A stretch of DNA of 47,412 bases, from assembly GCA_001804885.1 (NCBI GenBank), contig MHBM01000307.1:28111-75522 (forward strand), in the 5' to 3' direction. The notes under the pieces are model-generated. The model had not been told where the DNA came from and ran no database searches. It saw only the letters and a list, made by a program, of their open reading frames with translations. Source of the stretch: Lentisphaerae bacterium RIFOXYA12_FULL_48_11. Lineage in GTDB: Bacteria > Verrucomicrobiota > Kiritimatiellia > UBA8416 > YA12-FULL-48-11. The translations under genes and the position numbers were made by a program. Position 1 is the first letter of the stretch. Each line of letters starts with the position of its first letter. This document shows positions 42,190 through 47,412 of this stretch, piece after piece.

Positions 42190-42414
42190 ATGAACTCAAT
42201 CGTTAAAGGTGCAATATGGTGGTTAGTGGATACAATTAGCTGGTTTTCCTGCAGAGCAGGGGCGCTGGAAGCAAATCCTCCAGTCCGATTGATGCATTGT
42301 TGTATGCCAAAGCAGGCTGGCTATGCTTATCACAGGAATGGGCTGGAATCGACTCTGGCAAATGGACAAATGGTTCTGCCCGGAATAGCTGAACCGTATA
42401 AGTGGGGGAAATAG
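42190..42414 (+). CDS. Small hypothetical protein (74 aa) divergent from the WYL gene
   Basis: AAGGAG RBS before ATG 42190; occupies the gap between the WYL gene and clpS. Confidence 0.5.
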   Translation: MNSIVKGAIWWLVDTISWFSCRAGALEANPPVRLMHCCMPKQAGYAYHRNGLESTLANGQMVLPGIAEPYKWGK

Positions 42415-42454
42415 TCGGTTCCGAACCAAAGAAGATGACATTGTGCCGGTAATA

Positions 42455-42745
42455 TCAGATCTTCATCACTTCTGCGGTCAAGCCATAGGAATGTAACTGG
42501 TCACAATGCCGTGTTGCATTCAGTAAACCTTCCACCTCAGCAATAGCCTTCCCTTTCGTATGTGCATCCATCATGATTTTTATGGCAAGTTGTGTGTCAT
42601 GATGAAAAATCTGCATTAGGCATCGTACCACAAAGAATGCTTCATTGTGCTCATCATTATAGAGTATAATCTGGCACATATCCTCTTCTTGTTCACAGGA
42701 TCTTGTCCAGGTTATACGGTTTTCTTTATTATTATCATAACTCAT
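42455..42745 (-). CDS. clpS: ATP-dependent Clp protease adaptor ClpS
   Basis: IILYNDEHN...FVV..L..IF...A..IMMDAH.KGKA...L...GLTA. Confidence 0.88.
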   Translation of the reverse strand: MSYDNNKENRITWTRSCEQEEDMCQIILYNDEHNEAFFVVRCLMQIFHHDTQLAIKIMMDAHTKGKAIAEVEGLLNATRHCDQLHSYGLTAEVMKI

Positions 42746-43082
42746 ATCGTTTCATTTGCATTATATTCGAAGAATACGTCTGTGTAAATACAGATATTTG
42801 GAATTACAAATGAGATGAATCCATGTAATTAAGTAACTTTTCTTTCTCACCTATGACATTTGATACTTTTGGTCCAATTATTTGTCGAAAAATTGTTCTT
42901 ATTGGATCTGCTTCCTTATCTCGCTCATAATTAATTGGTTACAACTCTGTGTTCTGTTTGGCGTGCTCTATTCTTTCGTGATCATCCAATTCTGTCGATT
43001 TTTTGGATCATTTATTGCTTTACATATTCGTGGCAAATAATACTTTACCGCAATCACTTTTTTAGTGTGGGGGGAAGTGAAA

Positions 43083-43448
43083 ATGAAGTTTGGAAACAAG
43101 AACGGTTTAACTTTACCTGAAGCTGTGATTGCCAGTCTTATCCTTGGACTTACTCTTTCCGGCATGTTTACTGGCTTTGTAATGTGTCAGAAGACGGTTA
43201 TGTTTTCCAACAATAATCTAATTGCGATGCACAGTGCGAGACGTTTGATGGAAAGTCTTGTCGCAAATTCATACAGTTCTTCAAGCCTTAGCCTTGGGAC
43301 GCACAATCTAACCAATAGTTCGTATGTTGTTACAGAGAGTGCTGGTGTCAAAACTGTTAATCTTACGGTTTGGTGGATTGATCCTACCAGGTCGGTATCT
43401 TCCAGTGTTTCGTTGGTTAGTTCGGTGGCCAATGCTGTCCACCCATAG
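43083..43448 (+). CDS. Type IV pilin/pseudopilin-like protein (PilV/GspI-like)
   Basis: Class III signal KNG|LTLPE followed by a hydrophobic helix. Confidence 0.8.
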   Translation: MKFGNKNGLTLPEAVIASLILGLTLSGMFTGFVMCQKTVMFSNNNLIAMHSARRLMESLVANSYSSSSLSLGTHNLTNSSYVVTESAGVKTVNLTVWWIDPTRSVSSSVSLVSSVANAVHP

Positions 43449-43457
43449 GAGCAGATA

Positions 43458-43949
43458 ATGAAAAAGGGCGGATTTACTGCAACAGAAATTCTGATGGCGA
43501 CAACTATTATGACCATGGTTATTGCCGGAAGTCTTTCCGTTTTTATTGCTGCCAACAGGTCGTGGTTCTCCGGGGATGTACAAATGCGATGTGCGCGCGA
43601 AGTTGATATGGTGCTCCAGAAAATGACCTATGGCGCTGTAGGCAGTAATGGTCTCCGGACTGCCATATTTACGAATGTTGCTGTTGCTGTAACTGGTGCA
43701 CAGTGGTCTGTCACTTATGATACACCTGATGGTGGAAAGTATAAATTTGCCTTCGATCCTGCAATGCATGTCATACAGTATTATGATTTATTATTAAGCA
43801 ATGGGGCCGTAACAATCGGGGTTAATATCACTACAAGTACGGTTACTGTTGTAACCAATGGCCTTAACATCATGGTACAGGTTGCCGTGAACGATGGACG
43901 TTTCGGAGCCACAAATGAAATGGCAACATACATTCGGTACAGGAATTGA
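43458..43949 (+). CDS. Type IV pilin/pseudopilin-like protein (PilW/GspJ-like)
   Basis: MKKGG|FTATE followed by a hydrophobic helix; ends ..RN; AGGAG RBS. Confidence 0.82.
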   Translation: MKKGGFTATEILMATTIMTMVIAGSLSVFIAANRSWFSGDVQMRCAREVDMVLQKMTYGAVGSNGLRTAIFTNVAVAVTGAQWSVTYDTPDGGKYKFAFDPAMHVIQYYDLLLSNGAVTIGVNITTSTVTVVTNGLNIMVQVAVNDGRFGATNEMATYIRYRN

Positions 43950-43955
43950 GGTGGA

Positions 43956-45629
43956 ATGTCGATGAAACAGGTTACACCAGTTTATCGAAGAGACAGCCGA
44001 AGGGGTATCGCCCTGGTTACGGTCATGTGTTTCACTTTCATCCTGAGTTGTGTTCTGAGTGTAATGGTCCTGGTTTCGGGGACTCACAGCAAGATTACAC
44101 GGCATGAACTGAATAATGAAAAGGCTTTTTATATTGCGGAAGCAGGTGTGGAACGTGCGGCTCAGTATATTGCAAATGGTGGCACTGTTCCAGGAACCGT
44201 CTCTGGAAACATAGGAGAGGGGTCTTACGTTGCAACTATTATATCAGGTGCCAGCATTACGGACGCATGGCATTCAGCCGGTGGCCAAATAAATATCAAT
44301 CCCAACAACAGCTCTGACAATGAGTTTACTGTAACGCTTTCGGATGGCAGTGTTATCAATCGCGATATGCTTGTTCAGGATTATCCCGGTTTTATAGGTC
44401 AGGCAACATTGGTCCATGTAAAACCCAAAGGAAATGGTAACCAGAATAGTTTTACAATCGATGGCGTTACTGTTGATCTCGAAAACAAGAATACCTATGA
44501 CATTATTTCCGATTACATGAGCGTTAGTATTTATAATGACAACATAAATACCAATGGCAAAGCTGTTGGTAAATGGTGGATATCTCTTGCGGCTGCAGAG
44601 TCAACAATTGCCACAAATGGCATGGGGAGCGGGAGTGGGAATATTGCTCAAGCAAGGGCTCAGTATTCCATGCTTTCGGTCGGCAATGTCAGAGGGGAGT
44701 CTGTTGTTATCCTGCGAGAGACTGTCAAGCAGAAGACCTGGGCCAAATATGCTTTGTGGATGGAAAGCAATAATGGAATATATTTCAAGGCCGGCGAGAA
44801 ATTTTATGGATCTATTTATTCCACCGAGCAGCTAAGTTTTAGTGGAGATCCGGAGTTCTTTGGTGACTGCACAAGCGCGGCAAACAGCTATAGTGGTAGC
44901 ACAAATGCATGTATTTTCCATAATGGATTCCAGATGGGTGTTTCAAACCAGAGCATGCAGCAGATTAGTTTCTCTAATCTTCAGAATAAAGCGACGCTCC
45001 AGGTGGAGGGCAGGACGTATGTTACCTTCTCCGGCACTAATATGCTCATTACAAATAGTCGAATGGGCTGGAATAATCAAGTTGTTGGGTGTTCTTCCAG
45101 TACAGTGATTTATGTCAAAAAATCAAACACCGGTACTTCTTCAACAAAACCTGCCGATGTGTATGTTGGAGGGACGCTTGATGGTCGTATTACTCTTGTT
45201 GCGGAAAATGACTTCTATATAACCAATCACCTTTATTACGCTGCTGATTCAAAGACCAACCTGCTTTCCGATGATGCACTGGGCATGATTGCCAAGAGCG
45301 ATATTTATATTACAACTACTGCTCCTGACAATCTGCAGATATATGCCCATATGATGGCTACCGGCCTTGTTGATACCAATTCCAGTACTGAAGGCACGTT
45401 CAAGGTCGTTGATTATGATCATGGTTCGGCTAGAGGGGAACTAATGGTTCATGGTGGTATTGTTCAGCACAATCGTGGCGCTGTCGGAACATTTAACAGT
45501 GGTACAGGAGTGACTTTGACCGGATATAATAAAAACTATACTTACGATACGCGGTTTGAAATTGATCCACCGCCTGAATATCCCCCGTTAAATGATCAAC
45601 TTACATTCGGCGTATGGAGACAGCGATGA
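43956..45629 (+). CDS. PilX/GspK-like minor pilin with large C-terminal domain (DUF4900-like)
   Basis: RRG|IALVTV (no E5), AFYIAEAGVERA, and C-terminal GGIVQ..RGAVG.F...GY.KNY.YD.RF...PPP.YP. Confidence 0.82.
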   Translation: MSMKQVTPVYRRDSRRGIALVTVMCFTFILSCVLSVMVLVSGTHSKITRHELNNEKAFYIAEAGVERAAQYIANGGTVPGTVSGNIGEGSYVATIISGASITDAWHSAGGQININPNNSSDNEFTVTLSDGSVINRDMLVQDYPGFIGQATLVHVKPKGNGNQNSFTIDGVTVDLENKNTYDIISDYMSVSIYNDNINTNGKAVGKWWISLAAAESTIATNGMGSGSGNIAQARAQYSMLSVGNVRGESVVILRETVKQKTWAKYALWMESNNGIYFKAGEKFYGSIYSTEQLSFSGDPEFFGDCTSAANSYSGSTNACIFHNGFQMGVSNQSMQQISFSNLQNKATLQVEGRTYVTFSGTNMLITNSRMGWNNQVVGCSSSTVIYVKKSNTGTSSTKPADVYVGGTLDGRITLVAENDFYITNHLYYAADSKTNLLSDDALGMIAKSDIYITTTAPDNLQIYAHMMATGLVDTNSSTEGTFKVVDYDHGSARGELMVHGGIVQHNRGAVGTFNSGTGVTLTGYNKNYTYDTRFEIDPPPEYPPLNDQLTFGVWRQR

Positions 45630-46057
45630 TAATTAAAACAAATAAAGTCGATCCGTATTCGCAAACTTCAGGAAATGCATATAAGATCGGCGTGGCAATC
45701 TTTCTGTTGTCACTAACAGTCTCGGTGTTCCTCCTAGCCATGGTAATGAAGGATCCAGATGACGCTGCTACTGTTCCTTCCGTTGTAAAGGTTGGTGACC
45801 AACTTAATGGAGAACTTAAATCGGCGCCTTCCATTACGCAAAAGTCTGGACAGGGGGATGTTGTCATACGGCCTGATCGTCAGATTCTGGCGGAGCAAAA
45901 TAATGTGATAGAACGTGATGCGCTGCAAATCGGAGAGAAACAGGCAGAGTCACTTAGGCGTGAACTTGACACGAAACCCGATCTTTCGGATCATGAGCGT
46001 AGTAATCTGGTTCAAACTATCCGTAAACTCGAAAGTGGCCAGGTTATCATTCAATAA
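45626..46057 (+). CDS. Hypothetical membrane-anchored protein
   Basis: ATGA overlap with the upstream stop; one N-terminal TM segment. Confidence 0.65.
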   Translation: MIIKTNKVDPYSQTSGNAYKIGVAIFLLSLTVSVFLLAMVMKDPDDAATVPSVVKVGDQLNGELKSAPSITQKSGQGDVVIRPDRQILAEQNNVIERDALQIGEKQAESLRRELDTKPDLSDHERSNLVQTIRKLESGQVIIQ

Positions 46058-46082
46058 TATCGCATTATTTTGATTTTCGGCC

Positions 46083-46110
46083 TTGCGAATCCCTCCATAC
46101 ATGATATAAC
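46083..46110 (+). promoter_or_regulatory. Putative rpsA promoter
   Basis: TTGCGA (46083-46088) and extended -10 TG-A-TATAAC (46102-46110). Confidence 0.5.
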
Positions 46111-46133
46111 TCCAAAGTTTTTGCGCTGAAAGG

Positions 46134-46293
46134 TGTCTGTCTGCGGAACGTACGGTGCGTTCCAGGTCGGAACCGGCGTGGAAGTAAACCTCGCCTCGCA
46201 ACTTGAGATTTCCCGCACCGATTGATGTGATGGAGTCTTATTGTTTGCAATCTGTCCGTAAAGTACGGTCGGTGGCGAAGGCGAGTGACAGCA
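46134..46293 (+). promoter_or_regulatory. Structured 5' leader of rpsA
   Basis: Five compatible helices: 46137-41/46287-91, 46145-50/46158-63, 46190-99/46275-85, 46216-21/46269-74 and 46256-60/46264-68. Confidence 0.55.
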
Positions 46294-46300
46294 GGTAGGT

Positions 46301-47412
46301 ATGGAAAAACATAAGAAAAGTGTAAAGTTTGATCTCTCCCAGTTCACAGGTGATGACAGGGTTGAGATGGCGAAAATGTACGATGAGACCATGAAGAACT
46401 TCGTGGAGGGCTCAATCGTCCCCGGTACAGTGCTTGAAGTCCGCCCGAACGAAGTGCTAGTTGATATCGGATACAAGTCAGAAGGTGTAATTCCCGCATA
46501 TGAGTTTGGTGATATATCGCAGGTGAAGCCAGGCGATAAGCTGGAAGTTCTGCTTTCGCAGATTGAAGATGATTATGGAATGGTTGTTCTCAGCAAGGAG
46601 AAGGCCGATCAGAAACTCCGGTGGGAACGCGTCCAGACAAGCTGCAAGGAAGGCAGTATTGTCGATGGCGTTGTGAAGTCGCGTGTAAGAGGCGGACTCA
46701 TGGTTGACATGAACGGTATTGATGCATTTCTCCCCGGTTCTCAGATTGACGTCATTCCTGTCCATAATACCGATGCCTATCTAGGCAAGAAGTATGAATT
46801 CAAGGTTATCAAAATCAGTACGGAACGAAGAAATATTATTCTTTCTCGTCGTGAGCTGATAGAAGAGAATTTAAAGAACAAGAAAAAGCAGTTGCTCTCT
46901 ACAATCGAGGTTGGCCAAAACCGCAAGGGTATGGTCAAGAATATCACCGATTTTGGTGCGTTTGTTGATCTCGACGGGTTGGATGGACTGCTGCATATTA
47001 CTGACATGAGCTGGGGCCGCGTTAAGCACCCGTCAGAACTCGTATCTGTCGGTCAGGAAATTGAAGTTGTTATTCTTGATGTCGATCTTGATAAAGAGCG
47101 TGTTTCTCTGGGGCTCAAACAGCGGTCGACAAATCCGTGGGAAAGCATTGAAGCAAAGTACCCGGTTGGAAGCCGCCTGAGAGGCAAGGTTGTTAACCTC
47201 GTACCTTACGGTGCATTTGTTGAGTTGGAAGAAGGTGTTGAAGGCCTAGTTCACGTATCTGAAATTTCGTGGACAAAGCGTATTGCCAGGGCATCAGACG
47301 TACTCGCTGTCGGCGATGTTGTTGATGTTGTCGTCTTGAGTATCAACAAGGATGAACAGAAAATCGCGCTTGGAATCCGTCAGACCGAGGATAATCCATG
47401 GGATACGGTTCA
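46301..47412 (+). CDS. rpsA: 30S ribosomal protein S1 (3'-truncated by window edge; absent from the ORF track)
   Basis: Translated by hand from ATG 46301: MEKHKK...VDIGYKSEG...AFLPGSQID...VKNITDFGAFVDL.G.DGLLHITDMSW...YGAFVELEEGVEGLVHVSEISW. Confidence 0.97.
   Translation, partial: MEKHKKSVKFDLSQFTGDDRVEMAKMYDETMKNFVEGSIVPGTVLEVRPNEVLVDIGYKSEGVIPAYEFGDISQVKPGDKLEVLLSQIEDDYGMVVLSKEKADQKLRWERVQTSCKEGSIVDGVVKSRVRGGLMVDMNGIDAFLPGSQIDVIPVHNTDAYLGKKYEFKVIKISTERRNIILSRRELIEENLKNKKKQLLSTIEVGQNRKGMVKNITDFGAFVDLDGLDGLLHITDMSWGRVKHPSELVSVGQEIEVVILDVDLDKERVSLGLKQRSTNPWESIEAKYPVGSRLRGKVVNLVPYGAFVELEEGVEGLVHVSEISWTKRIARASDVLAVGDVVDVVVLSINKDEQKIALGIRQTEDNPWDTV

Noticed and set aside
37302-42745. Intact prophage or ICE at ssrA
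   Set aside because: No integrase, no phage or conjugation genes, and no second att copy seen in the window; only a possible relic is reported.
36946-42745. Functional link between tmRNA and clpS as a proteolysis cluster
   Set aside because: They are 5 kb apart with unrelated genes between; ClpS serves N-degrons rather than ssrA tags.
46134-46293. SRP RNA or 6S RNA identity for the rpsA leader
   Set aside because: CAGGTCGGAA only loosely resembles the SRP motif and lacks GGAAGCAG; the fold is branched, not the 6S rod with a central bubble.
46051-47007. Minus-strand ORFs of 141, 95 and 76 aa at the window end
   Set aside because: Antisense to rpsA, which the track missed because it lacks a stop codon inside the window.

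Overview
Bacterial chromosomal window. Gene content (tol-pal, Zn-ribbon/LRR Ser/Thr kinases, GYF_2 proteins, autotransporter-repeat protein, pseudopilins) suggests the PVC superphylum, possibly Kiritimatiellota or Lentisphaerota; this is inference. Mostly housekeeping genes: tolA'-tolB-pal-tatA-tatC, a fucI-like isomerase divergent from a eukaryote-type xylulokinase, ligA, murG, manA, dnaE, gmhA, nfnAB, nifU, acyP, tmRNA, clpS, a pilin-like cluster and the 5' part of rpsA. Points of interest: (i) a tandem pair of receptor-like kinases (Zn ribbon-kinase-TM-TPR-LRR-C-type lectin), one with a degenerate catalytic loop; (ii) an integrase-less accessory patch right after tmRNA with phased TGAC repeats, a PIN-domain protein and an orphan PD-(D/E)xK nuclease; (iii) a WYL regulator with a palindromic GACA-N5-TGTC site facing an unknown 74-aa ORF; (iv) a 1622-aa GYF_2/coiled-coil protein with 78- and 46-residue periodicity; (v) an atypical LigA; (vi) a highly structured rpsA leader. 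No CRISPR array, rRNA, tRNA, transposase or integrase was seen. All family calls come from motif recognition; no database search was run.
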